This document shows, piece by piece, positions 24,519-37,339 of a stretch of 64,000 nt of DNA. This DNA comes from Octopus bimaculoides. Lineage: Eukaryota. Each line of letters starts with the position of its first letter. Within the stretch, counting starts at the first letter, position 1. The notes under the pieces were generated by a model. It searched no databases and was not told the DNA's origin. It saw nothing but the letters and a program-made list of their open reading frames with translations. A program made the translations under genes and the position numbers. The stretch lies in the NCBI RefSeq assembly GCF_001194135.2, contig NC_069006.1, forward strand, positions 6,078,998 to 6,142,997, written 5' to 3'.

Positions 24519-25152
24519 TCCTTTTTTAGCTTTTGACTGGAATATGCTAAGCTGATTGCATGGCAAAATGAAAGGGGTGGTGATAGGGTGGAAATGGTAA
24601 GTTTACAACTGACGCCAAAAGAATTGATTAAAATCTGTGTGTGTGTGTGTGTTTTGTAATCAGTGATATGGAGAGAAAATAGATAATACTTTAGAAAAAC
24701 AAAACAAAAAAAAGATTGAAAGAAATATAAAAAAAACAACAACAAACAAAATCAAAACTGAACCAGACTAAAAAGTCTCAGAGAATTCTTTGAGTTGTAT
24801 GTCTGGCTGTTTGAGTAAAATATCACTTGTGGTGTGTCTTTTTTCTTCTTGAAAATTACAATCAATTATTCAAATATACCACATCGACAGAGGCTTAAAA
24901 CATGGAAGGAAAATGAAAGCAAACAAATGGAAAAAAGCTTTTATTTATTATTCTAAATTTTCTTCTTCTTCTTCTTCTTCTTTTATTCTGCAACCTCTCC
25001 ATCACTACCAACCCCCTCCCCTTTTTTGTTTGTTTCTTTTTTAAAACTTTTCCTTACATCTTTCCTCTCTGTCTGATAACATCATAACTTACATTTGGTA
25101 ATACATGCAAGCATACATGTGTATGTACGTATATACATAGACACACATGTAT

Positions 25153-25197
<45 letters not shown>

Positions 25198-25624
25198 TGT
25201 ATATTTTTATATTAGAGCCTTACTTCAAGAGGAGTAAACATGAACAGTTAGAGAGAAAGAGAGGGAAAACTCACATGGAAACATCTATGTGGCCATTGGA
25301 GATGCAAGAAATAGCAGCCAAGTATCACACATACCTCACCCTCATTCATTGAGCTCAGTATAGCTATGAAGGGTAATTGACTTTACCAAGATTTGGGGTT
25401 CAAAATCTGTGAGATGCTACTCTGCAACAGATGCGACTCATTTTTGGCTCAATGGAATCAAGCAAAGTGGAATGAAGTGCCTTGCTGAAGATACTCCATT
25501 CAATGTACTGCCTGGCCTGGGAATGGAACTCACAACCTTACACTTGTGTGTCTGTCAGCTGAGCCACAAAGCCAGGCACCTTCATTGCACTTTAACATCT
25601 TAATAAAGAACAAGTTTATTTTTC

Positions 25625-26010
25625 TACTTTTCATTTGTTTTAGTCATTCGACTGTGGCCATGCTGGGGCACTGCCTTGAAGAATTTTTAGTTGAATGAAT
25701 CGACCCCCAAGACTAACTTTTTTTTGTAAGCTTGGTACTTATTCTATCAGTCTCTTTTGTTGAACCGCTAAGTTACAGGGACGTAAACACACCAACGCCA
25801 TTTGTCAAGTAGTGGTGGTGGTGGGACAAACTGACACACACACACACACACATCATGGGCTTCTTTCGGTTTCCATCTACCAAATCCACTCACCAGATTT
25901 TGGTCAGCCTGAAGCTATAGTAGACAACATTTGCCCAAGGTTCCACATGGCAGGACTGAACCCTGAACCATGTGGCTGGGAAGCAAACTTCTTACCACAC
26001 AGCCACACCT
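25625..26010 (-). mobile_element. SINE family B, full length
   Basis: Complete tail-to-head reverse-complement copy with an internal (CA)n. Confidence 0.9.
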
Positions 26011-26321
26011 GCCTGGAGAAGGAAATTAAAGAAAAAGTGGTCATGGCTAAAACAGCTTTGACCTTGGACTAAACAACAACAATAACAACGAAGAAAGGAG
26101 GAGAGAAAGGGAGAGTTTCTATAAAATGGTTCAACTTGTTATAGAGTAAGGGTCAGCTCTTCTTTGACCTTTCATGGAGCACAGATGAATGTTGCTTCCA
26201 TTAACTACGGGAGGAGGGGCAGTGGTTATGATAGTTTGGATAGTTAACTTGATATCAAATTTACACAACAAGAGTTGGCTACAGTTGTACAACATCAACA
26301 ACAAAAACACTTGAAGGTCAT

Positions 26322-26352
<31 letters not shown>

Positions 26353-26783
26353 AAAAAAAACAATGGTTTTTGAGCATTAACATGTTAACTGCCACATGTA
26401 TCAACAGTGGTTCATTGCAAACATCACATAGCCACTGGTGGTAAGTTTTCATAATCTGAGGAAATATTTTATTCTATACCTTTGACATGGTTTCAAGGAT
26501 ATTTAAATAATATGAATGCTAAATATTAAAGTTTAATTATGAAATATTGTAGAAATGCAAACCAAATTCCATTTGCTTGTAATTAAACAGTATGCTGTGT
26601 GACCAGAAATATATAGCATCACTAGTAAGTTCCGGTAACAGGCTGTGGCAGTTAACATGTTAAACTTCAAGCTCAGATGAACAAATTAAACAAAATACAA
26701 GACGATGATGGTGGTGGTGGTGGTAGTGATATTAAATTAAAATGTGAACAACAACAACAATGACAATAAATCCATGTTCTCAC

Positions 26784-26921
26784 CGTCAACAGAGAACCAG
26801 TCCTGCTGGCTCTGGGAGGACTGCTGCTTTTCTCTCGCTTTATATTCAAAAAGTACTGTGGTTGATATGATGTAGTGTTCACTTTGGACATGTAAAGTTA
26901 CAAGACCTGGGGGTTCATGTG
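26784..26921 (-). CDS. CAMTA: CAMTA TIG/IPT domain, second exon
   Basis: tttctttgtag|CA...GAC G|gtgaga. Encodes (A)HEPPGLVTLHVQSEHYIISTTVLFEYKAREKQQSSQSQQDWFSVD, matching AHDTGLVTL..FEYKAR..QHDWLSLD. Phase 1 to 1. Confidence 0.95.
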
Positions 26922-27514
26922 CTACAAAGAAACAAATATAAACATAATATAAATAATATCACTGAACCAACTGCGGGGCTCTGATTTGATAGCTCTACCT
27001 GTTAGAAATAGTCACTAAATCTCCCTCAAATTACACCTTATCGTCTTGAATATAAAAACAATATTTTAGATAATGTAGTCCAAATTGGCATTAAAAATAC
27101 ATAATGATTATTGCTGGAGTACCAGTGATCAAAAGTAAGAAAAAGTTAGGGTAATTGAAATTAACCACTTTAGGTATACTCAACCCATGGTTGAAATGGG
27201 ACCGTGTTATACACTCTTGTGGGTGTATAATGGTCACAATGTGCAATGTGAGATGTAATGGGACACTAATAGAATATTGTATCTCCTCTTTTTCTTAGTT
27301 TAATTGTGAACAGATTCAGGGGTTTTGGAGGGAACCACAAGATGGGCAAAAATGTGGGTTTTACTTATTTTGGGAAAAAACTAATTTTTTTTTATAAATT
27401 GTTTTACCCAGAAGATGTTTAATCAACAAGGGTAGCTGATTGGGTAATTAAGGTGGTTCTTAATTATGGTTAATTAAGGTGTCTTTAGTAGAGTCTATCA
27501 TATCTTTTATATTT

Positions 27515-27900
27515 TACTTGTTTCAGTCATTAGACTGTGGTCATGCTGGATCACTGCTTTGAAGAATTTTAATTGAACGATTTGAGCCCAGTACTTGTTA
27601 TTTTTTTTGTAAAGCCTAGTACTTATTCTATCAGTCTCTTTTGCTGAACTGCTTCGTTATGAGGATGTAAACACATTAACACCAGTTGTCAAGCAGTGAT
27701 GGGAGACAAACACAGACACAAAGACACACACTCATAAATATATATATATGTGTGTGTGTGTGTGTTTCTGTCTACCAAATCCACTCACAAGGCTTTGGTT
27801 GGCCTGAGGCTATAGTAGAAGACACTTGTCCAAGGTGTCCTGCAGTGGGACTGGACTCAGAACCATGTGGCTAGGAAACAAACTTCTTACTACACAGCCT
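27515..27900 (-). mobile_element. SINE family B, full length
   Basis: Same structure as 25625-26010. Confidence 0.9.
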
Positions 27901-30900
27901 CCATCTAGTGCTTAAGGTTATCAGAATGTTTACAATTTCAGAAAAGATTTCAGTGCTTGGTTGAAACGGTTTGCAGAAAGTTATTTCCTCAGATCAGTAA
28001 ACTAGCCATATCTGACCCAGATATTCTACCTGTTTTATGTTAAAACTAACCAGATCTGGCCTCTCACACCAACTCTACAATGTCATTCTGAAAATAATAA
28101 ACAATCATGCCATTGAAATCTTGAAACTATGAGATAATGCAGGATTAATTAAAAAAATGTGAATAAATAAGCATTACATTTGACAGAATTTAAATGTGAA
28201 AGGGTTAAATATAAAATAAAATAAAAAGAAAGAAATATTTTTGTTAGCTAAAAAATAAAGTAATATAAAAAACATATATTTGTAGGTTGAATATAAAAAT
28301 AATATAAAACAAAACATAATTTTGTAAATGTTTTAAACAGCAAAAACTTCCAAACGCCTGCTTTTTTTACTATCATCAAAAACATGCTGTTTAATTTATT
28401 AATGTGAATTTAATTAGTTAGTATGCTGTTAATTAGTATGCAGGAGTGACCAACTTAATTCAAAAAAATCAAGAGAAAAAATATATTCAAAAATTTTATT
28501 TTTCTATTCATTTATTGGTTGTTTTGTGCCAAGGTGGTGCAAGAGTAAAACAAAAAAGTGCCAACAAGAGTCTCTCTCTTGTCTTTTAGTGTTACCTGGA
28601 GACTTTCATAGAATTAATGTCAATGTCTTTTTGACACAACCAAAACATGTTCAATATTCCTAATAAACAATCCCAAACCACCTTTCATTGAAATCTGTCG
28701 ATATTTATTGATTAAAAACTATCACTAATTCATACCTGCCATCATTTAGAAAAATATATAATCGATCAACTCAGCCATAAAAAAAAAAAAACAGGAAAAG
28801 TAGCAGAATAAAAAAAAGGGAGAAGAAAAAAATCCATGCCGTATCCATTGGGAGAGGTTATATTCTGCCAAGTTTCAAAGGAGTAGCAAATGTGATTATG
28901 AATTAAAATAATTAAAACAAAACAATTTTAATAAAGCTTATTAGTTGACTGAGCAGACACGAGCAGACATGTTGTGAAAATAGTTTCATTCTCTTCTTTT
29001 TTGTTGCATGTCATCTGGTGAAAAACCATTCAACTGTCTATCATGAATTCAAACACACACACACACACACACACACACATACCATCACTCTGTCCAGTCT
29101 CTAACTCACAGCTATACTATGTCTCCTCTCTCTGTCCTTTCTACCATACTGTAAAGGCCTCTGCTCCTCGTAGTAACTAACTCATATTATCTCTCCTTCT
29201 CCACCATCACCTTAAGCTCTGAAGCCTCCTTATGCACTACATCAGCCTCTCTCTCTCTCTTTCACCAGTGCTCCTCTAACCCTCTCTCTCTCTCTCTCAT
29301 CCTTCCCCTCTCATCACTTTTTCCTGCACCGTCAGTCATCCTCTATCACCCCCTTACCTCCTCCATCACTGGTCATCCCGCCACCCCTTACACCCATCCT
29401 TCAAACCCAACTGATTCTTTACAGCTGCCACCTATTTTCCACTCTTGCAACTTTCACCCACCCACACACCCAGTTTGTCTGTCCTCACTCACTTCAACTC
29501 CCCTCATACCTTTAGGGACCACTTCAGATGCCCTCAGCATCACTATTATTATTTCTTTCCATCTCCACTCAATCACCCCCAACTATTTCTTCAAAAATAC
29601 GAGCAGTCATGTTGCTCCTCTCCATTAAGAAACCTGTTCAGCTCTGGACCCTTCTCTCATACTTTTACTCCCCATTTCCTTGTATAATGCTGCCCTTCTT
29701 TGGGGGGTTCACAGTCTTGCAAGCCCCTTGGCAGCTTCACCTGGAACAGTGTGTAAAGTGGTTGGCATTAGGAAAGGCTTTGAGCTGTAGAGACCATGCC
29801 ACAAGAGATGACTGGAAAATGATGCAATCCTCAGACTCATCAGATTCTGTTGAACCATCCAACTCATCATACAGTATGCAAAATAGGCATTAAATGACGA
29901 CGACGATGACAATGATGATGATGATGATTGTCATCATCATCATCGTCATAACCATTTGTTTTCCATGCTGGCAAGGGTTGGACAGTTTAACAGCACCAGG
30001 TTCCACAGACTGTTTTGGCATGGTTTCTACACCTGGATGCCTTTCCTAAAACCAAGCATTTTACAGAGTGTACTGGGTGCTTCTAATGTGGCACCAGCAC
30101 TGACAGAGTCACCATGTACCTTGCAAGACAACTGAGGGGAAGGAGAAGTATTGAGGAGGTGTGGCTTTGTGCCAGTTGATGAGAGATTAGAACTATAGAT
30201 GGAACAATTATAAATGTCTTGCTGTAGAGTAGATACATGGATGGCCCATATTTTAATATGTATTTCCCAGGTACCAGGTATGCGTTTAACATGTAAATTA
30301 GTCTACTTAACAGTGTTACACCACTAAACTTAGAGGCTGTTTAAGCAATGTTGGTTCGTGGATGGTTAATGGGTTGGATGTGGCACTGAAAAAGGAGCAA
30401 TAACTCTTGCAGTATTCATATACACCCATCACCTATTTTTCTATCTTCAGAGGTAATGACCAAGGCCTTTGGCATTATGTCATACTTGAAAAGAAGACCC
30501 ATCAAGCCAAGCAAAATCGCAGTCATGGCAGATACCAGTGTCACGCAAATGGCACCCCTTACATTCTCAGAGTGGTTGGCGTTAGCAAGGGCATTCAGCC
30601 ATAGAAAACTGTGCCAAATCACACTGGAATCTGGTGTAGCTTTCCAGCATGCCAGCCTGGTCAAAATATCCAACCCATGCCAGAATGGACAACGGACGTT
30701 AAATGATGATGATGATGATGATGATCACATTGTTTACATAAATGTATACCTATATGAAACATCATAACTTTCAATGCTTGCTCTAAATTCTGTAGAAAAT
30801 CTGTAGAGAATAACTTAAAAGTGATTAAATTGCACGGCTAACACAAAAAGTAGGACGACAGAGCATCGACTGTTTAATATTTTTGGTGGTATATTAAGGT

Positions 30901-31320
30901 TGCAAAATGAAACGCAGTGTCCCTACAAGCAAAGAAGGACAAAAAGAGGCAACGAGGCATTTTTATTATTTTTTCATTGTCAGAAAGTTACCAAAGTGAT
31001 TGAAACACTGAAAAACAATGGAAGCAAGCAGGCAGAATTGTAAGAACATCAGAAAAAAAAATGCTTTGTGACTTTTCTTCAGGCTCCTTACCAACTGAGT
31101 TCAAATCTAGCTGAGGTTAATTTTGTCTTTCATCCCTCCAGGGGCCAGTAAAATAAAGTACTAATCTAGCACTGAGATCAGTGGTATCAAACAACATCCC
31201 CACTCACCACACTTAAAACTGCAGGCCATGGGCCTAAATCAGAAATTGCTATCACAGTTCAAAGAATTTACCAAAAAAAACAGGAGAGAAATGAGTTTTT
31301 GAGATGATAAGACAACAAAC

Positions 31321-31447
31321 CTGGCGCAAAGCAACGTAAAACTCCTGGTTGAACAAGAAGGGCTGGTACACTGATTCCACCAAATACACAGCTATAGGAA
31401 CAACTTGTAGAAAACCAAGGCCCTGTCACAAGAACCTTGGTACTGCC
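31321..31447 (-). CDS. CAMTA: CAMTA TIG/IPT domain exon
   Basis: tttctcttaacag|GGC...CCA G|gtttgt. Encodes GSTKVLVTGPWFSTSCSYSCVFGGISVPALLVQPGVLRCFAP. Phase 0 to 1. Not present in the supplied ORF track. Confidence 0.95.
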
Positions 31448-31569
31448 CTGTTAAGAGAAAAACAAGAATTATTCAGCAATGCTATTACGATTACACACAG
31501 TCATTTTTACTCTCTGTACTTCCCTGTTATCGACAGCCAAGTTTTTTTTATTTACTTAAGGGTTCTTTT

Positions 31570-31940
31570 ATATTACACTTGTTCCAATCTGTGGACTGTG
31601 GCTATGCTGGGGCACCACTTCAAAGAGCTTTAGTGGAACAAATCCATTTATTTTTCTAAAGCCTGGTACTTATTCTATTGGTATCTTTTAGCTGCACTGC
31701 TAAGTTACAGGGATGTGAACAAACCAACACCAGTTGTCACGTGGTTATGGGGGACAAACACAATGACACACACACACACACATGGTAGGCTTCTTTCAGT
31801 TTCTGCCTACCAAGTCCACTCACAAGGGTTTGGTCAGCTTGAGACTATAATAGGAGGTACTTACCAAAGGTACCAAGGAGTGGGACTGAACTCAAGATCA
31901 CATGGTTGGGAAGTAAGCCTCTTAATCACTCAGCCACACC
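31570..31940 (-). mobile_element. SINE family B
   Basis: Same structure as 25625-26010. A further copy lies at ~32055-32330. Confidence 0.85.
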
Positions 31941-32257
31941 TATAAACTATTTCACTTGTGTAACAGTTAATTGACAGACTTTCAGAATGGCTGCTACTAC
32001 TTCATGAAGAAAGAAAAGGACAAGAAACTGAGGAACCGTTTTCCTTCTGTGAAAAAACTCTTTTACTTGTTTCAGCCATTTGACTGCGGCCATGCTGGAG
32101 CACTGCCTTTAATTGAGCAAATCAACCCCATGACTTATTCTTTGTAAGCCTAGTACTTATTGTATCGGTCTCTTTTGCCGAATCGCTAAGTAACGGGGAT
32201 GTAAACACACCAGCATCGGTTGTCAAGCGATGTTGGGGGGGACAAACACAGACACAC

Positions 32258-32290
<33 letters not shown>

Positions 32291-32874
32291 CAACGGGCTT
32301 TTTGCAGTTTCCGTCTATCAAATCCACTCGTCCAATCTTTTTTTACATTTTTACCCAAACAATTGGCTGCCAATAACAAAACAATATCTTACTTTTACTG
32401 TAGCACAAAAAATATATTTTAATTTTTAGAGAGGATTTAAAATTTAATCCACAGGGTTTATGAACTGGTATATGCCTAAGTATGAACATAAACATGTATT
32501 TGATGCTAGAAATATACCATTGTCTGCTTCAGTTTTGGTAAAGATTCAATAATTTCTTTTTTAGTCATCTTTATATATGACCACCACAGACTAAAATGGA
32601 ATTGTGAAACCAATGATACACCTCTTGAAAGGATTCAACTGACAAAAAGAAACTCCGTCTCTGACATGACCACTGTAGGTCAATGTTCAACAAATGTATT
32701 ATGTCTGTTTGAAAGAGTCTCTGTTTTGAAAGAGACACCAAATCTTCATATTACATCCAACCATCTAAATGATAGGAATGATGCATTAGATATACAAGCT
32801 TGTATTTTCAATGCATATATAGTATATGATGATATCAGAGCTTGTAGTAAAGCTGGGATAGTGATGGCAGGAAC

Positions 32875-33200
32875 ATCATCATCATCATGATCGTTTAACG
32901 TCCGCTTTCCATGCTGGCATGGGTTGGATGATTTGACTGAGGACTGGTGAACCAGATGGCTACACCAGGCTCCAATCTGATTTGGCAGAGCTTCTACAGC
33001 TGGATGCCCTTCCTAACGCCAACAACTCCAAGAATGTAGTAGGTACTTTTACGTGCCACCAGCACGAAGGTCAGTCATAAGGTACTGGCAATGGCCACGC
33101 TCAAAATGGTGTATTTTGCGTGCCACCTGCACAGGAGCCAGTCCAGCGGTACTGGCAATGAACTCGCTCGAATGTCTTTTCAAGTGCCAGGAAGGCACCG
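32875..33200 (-). mobile_element. SINE family C ((GAT)n-tailed, motif gttggcgttaggaagggcatccagctgtagaa)
   Basis: Shared with ~15 copies (e.g. 39790-40055 +, 43395-43745 +, 56715-56990 -). The tail is ggacgttaaacgatgatgatg. Confidence 0.85.
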
Positions 33201-33300
33201 AAGATAATAGGCTGCTATGATTAGGGCTGCTTTGGGTCAAAATAACCACAGCAAATATTTCAAGTAAAGCTTTGAAAGGGGGAAAAAAAAAGTCACCTAC

Positions 33301-34465
33301 CTCTGTATAGGACCACTCTGGGCAAAAATCTGTAATTGGTGCTTGTTCAGAATTTGAGTGCGATTCTGTAGATTGCGAGATGCTTGAATCTGGTAGAATG
33401 GTATGCTGGGATTGTGACGATGGTTGCCCTTGCTGTCCCCCTGAATTGTGATGTGTCTGTGACTGCCCAGCCTGTTGTGTATGATGGTGTTGATGAGGAT
33501 GAGTTTGTGGCTGCTGCTGCTGTGGCTGAGATTGTTGTTGTTGTTGTTGCTGTTGTTGCTCTTCCTGTTGTGCTGGATTTTGTTGCTGCGTTGTTCGCTG
33601 AGAGTCTAAACAGCTGGCGCAAGTGATGAAGTCACGGCTAATGCTATCAAATGTAGAATGATCAGATGAAGACGGGTTCATATTGGAATAAAGTTTCTCC
33701 AGATCGGGCAGATCCAGAATGTCAAGGCTATCCAAACTGAGATCATTGTTCTGAAGAGAAGCAGTATTGAGAGTTAGGTTATCACAGTTAGTCAGGTCAG
33801 TGGAGACATCTTTGGAGTCCATAGAAGTGGAAGCGAAATCTGATGCCGAAGAAACTGTTGCCTGAAGGGTTTTTTGGACATCGTCATGAGAGAGATGGAA
33901 AGCAGGAGAGAATATGTTCATGGGTTCAGTCTTAATGTTGATTTCTTTTGGAACATCTTTCGAAGTATGACCCGTTTCTGAGATTTCTGTTGCCATAGGA
34001 ACAGGTAACATCGCCCTATTAGAAGTGGAGTGCGTAATCGCGGAACTGGTTGAACTGGTGCTTCCTGGCTCGACTTTAATTTCTGTTCCCAAAGTGTGTG
34101 CCGATGTTCCTAAGGTGGGCTGTATGGCCGAACCGACCGGCTGTCCAGTGCTGGACATGGGTTGTTGGTTTGTCATGGAGTTCGAAATGATAGAGAGGGG
34201 GTTTGTGGTTTGGCCACTTACAATGAGTAAGCTGTTGCTGCCTTGGATGTTTGCAAAGTTAAAAATGACCGGAGTAGAGGGAGGCACAACATCCGTAGAA
34301 GTAGATGTCGAAGAGTCCGTGACACTAGTGGACGGTGTTGTAGTAATGAGCATACTTTCACTCACTGGTGCTGTTGTCGCTACTCCTGCTGCTGCCGCTG
34401 CTGCTGCCGCCGCTGCCGCCGCTGCCGCTCGGTTGGCCCGATTTCTCTGCAGCAATGAGACCAAC
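33301..34465 (-). CDS. CAMTA: CAMTA large low-complexity exon (poly-Ala, S/T-rich, Q-rich) ending at the TIG domain start
   Basis: Acceptor ttcctttttcag|G and donor GAG|gtaggt; 1165 nt open frame. Ends ITDFCPEWSYTE, the canonical TIG start (TDYSPEWSYPE). Phase 2 to 0. Confidence 0.95.
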
Positions 34466-34915
34466 CTGAAAAAGGAAGAAGGACAAGGAACTTGTTTACT
34501 TTCATCCTTCATCTATTTACATTGCCCTTATTATGTTTTACCACCCAGGACCCAACTCCATCAAAGTGAAACCCTTGCTGCCTTGCAATAGCTCGTGTAT
34601 CTCAATGACCCTGAGAGCTATGCCAGTGGAGTGCAAGCTCATGGTAGGGCCTCACGTGCTGGACAGGTCAAAGGACAGAAGCCAGATTAATTTGGTTGAC
34701 CACTTGCCAGAGGTAAAAGTGGGTTTGCATAAGGGGTCAACAACCCTAACTAGAAAAATGCAAAGTTACAGATGCATCAGTGGCAATTCAAAAACCAACA
34801 AGATATGGAAGAAGATCTTCCTTTGGGTCACGAGAGGAGATAGCTAGGCTACACTTTAAGGACAGCCCAGAACTGAGAATAGAGGAGAAAAGTGAACAAT
34901 GGCCTATGCTCTATA

Positions 34916-35348
34916 CAGGGCCAGATTAAGACCTATAGAGGCCCCAATGCACTTAAAAGGTTTTGGTGTCCCCATATATATGTAATTCAAAATATGAACC
35001 ATAATAAACCATAAAATGAATTTTTATTTCTCAAAATGAAACAAAACTAAGAGAAAGATGGAAAATAATGTTTAGTTTTGTATACTTCTCCTCTATTTAT
35101 ATTTGAAATGCTTTCTCCAACTCTTTTTTTGATTGTAAAGCCTTTGATAAAATCTTTGAAATTAGTTTTATATAACACATCTGCTTCTATGCTTAGTAGA
35201 AATAAGACATCCTGAATTTTATTTAACAAGTTTAAAGTGTATTTCTTTTGTGCCATAAACCATTTACCATTTCTGTGATGCTCCCACTTTCCTTTCCCTT
35301 GATGCCCTAAGCATGTGCTTATTTTGCTCAATGGTTAATCCAGCACTG
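34916..35348 (-). mobile_element. Non-autonomous hAT deletion derivative with TIRs, 8-bp TSD and transposase C-terminal remnant
   Basis: TIRs CAGGGCCAGATTAA / CAGTGCTGGATTAA match at 11/14. Flanks gctctata and gctccata match at 7/8. The internal minus frame LFLLSIEADVLYKTNFKDFIKGFTIKK resembles the hAT dimerisation-domain end (L.LLSIE.D...I.F.D.I..FA.KK). Confidence 0.85.
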
Positions 35349-35586
35349 GCTCCATAGGAGGCAAAGGGCTTCAATAAATATGCAAACATCAAGGAGCCAC
35401 ATTAACCATATTTCCTTTTGGGATGTCAACCATTCTAGAATCGCTCCTTCCCTGCCTCACAAACATATTTCTTGCACACGGCAACGTTCCGATTGGATAG
35501 AAACGACATCAATATCAACAGTGTCAAAGGACACAGAACCCTCTTTAAACCCTCTTTAAACCCCCTAAAAAAAGTAGCACCTTTAC

Positions 35587-35780
35587 CTGCCATGGTCGTT
35601 GCTGCTGTTACTATTGACACTTCCTGTCGTCGGTTCAACTCCTTTGGGCGAAATCTTACAGCATTTGGAATGCAGGCAGTTTTTATCACAGGAGATGTCA
35701 CATTTGTGGTTGCGAGATTTAACACGTTTCTCTTGGTATTCGATTAAGTGTTGAACAATAGCTTCAACTGTGTCTTGGAT
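35587..35780 (-). CDS. CAMTA: CAMTA exon (first visible): region immediately after the CG-1 domain
   Basis: Acceptor ttcccccccag| and donor GGCAG|gtaaag. Reads IQDTVEAIVQHLIEYQEKRVKSRNHKCDISCDKNCLHSKCCKISPKGVEP..., similar to the CAMTA post-CG-1 segment (VEQLVQQIL...HNC...ISPKVEP in vertebrate CAMTA1, from memory). Phase 0 to 2 fits the next exon. Confidence 0.85.
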
Positions 35781-36665
35781 CTGGGGGGGAAACAAAACAA
35801 AAAAAGAACAAAGGAAACCCAATCAGTTAAAAAAAAACAACAAAAAACAAAACAAAACGAAACTCCAGATATTTTATTGAATTCAAATTCTGATGATTGA
35901 TGAATATCTTTACATGAAACTCTCAACAATAATGAATCCATAGCAGTAGCAACAACAACAATAAAAAAAACAAAAAACAAAAGCAGTTGACTTCAATGGA
36001 AGCATCAAAGGAGATCAGACAATGAAAATCTAAGAGATAAAGGATATTTGCAATTAAGAAAAACAAGATACAATCTTTTTATATTTTTCTATGTTTTCTT
36101 CTCGTCAAACATTTTAACATTTCCTCTTTCCAACCTCTTCTTTTGTTTTTTGTTTTTTTCTCCTCCTCCCTCTGTTTCTTTGCTTCTCCTCCTCCTTCAA
36201 CCATGCACCCCCCACCCCAAATCCATCCTCCCACCACCACCACCACCACCACCACCTCAGTCATGCTTATCTTTTCTTCTTACTCAGTCTTTTATGTTCC
36301 TTCATGTCTTATCTCAGATGTTGTTCCATTTTCCAATGGGTTCCTTGTGACATTTTGATCAATTAGAATCTGACACAGTCATCACCGTCATCATCATCAT
36401 CATCATCATCATCATTATAGTCGTCATCACTATGGTAATGATGATGATAACCATCATAATCATAACTGCCATGCCAACGTCATACCATCATTGCCACACC
36501 ACCACCACTGTCATCATCATCATCATCAAGAACAGACCAGCAATAAGAAGATAGCAACACTGCTGTTGCTTTACACCATTGAATAACATCATCATCGTCA
36601 TCATCATCATCACCACACCCACCACCTTAACCATCATTTATGCCACCACTAATCATCATCTAGAA

Positions 36666-36879
36666 CAAACAACATCCCCACTAACCACACTTAAAACTGC
36701 AGGCCATGGGCCTAAATCAGAAATTGCTATCACAGTTCAAAGAATTTACCAAAAAAAAACAGGAGAGAAATGAGTTTTTGAGATGATAAGACGACAAACT
36801 TGGCGCAAAGCAACGTAAAACTCCTGGTTGAACAAGAAGGGCTGGTACACTGATTCCACCAAATACACAGCTATAGGAA
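36666..36879 (-). pseudogene. Partial duplicate of the CAMTA TIG exon plus downstream intron (pseudo-exon)
   Basis: Direct copy of 31188-31400 with 3 substitutions and a 1-nt poly-A indel. Confidence 0.9.
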
Positions 36880-37292
36880 AAGACTTGTTATGAGAAGATA
36901 ACAACAATCGTTTTATACCATTAAACCACATCACCTATCAACACCATGTATGTTTCAAGACTCCCTATTCTCTATGTTTACAGGGCAAAAGCTCATAGTT
37001 GATTCATTTGATCCTAGTTTATTATTAGTATTGTTTTGAGTGCAGAAATATGAATGACCTCAACGAGACACGAAACATGATGAATTTCTAGAAACGAGGG
37101 ATTTTCTGCAATGGTTTGAGTGGGTATGTTGGTATAATGGTAGCACACTTCTTATGGAAACAGAGAGGTGTGGGTCTGAGTCCCATGAGTACGGAAAGCC
37201 CACTTTTCTCCATTGAGGGCTTTTATGCCCCAATATTAGACTATCTTCTTTAGTCAGTGCACAGTGAACACTTTTAAGCTTTAAGCTTCTGA

Positions 37293-37339
<47 letters not shown>

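Noticed and set aside
33049-33300. C-terminal part of the 487-aa ORF after EWSYTE
   Set aside because: It reads through a canonical donor into intron and SINE-C sequence. The TIG domain continues at 31447.
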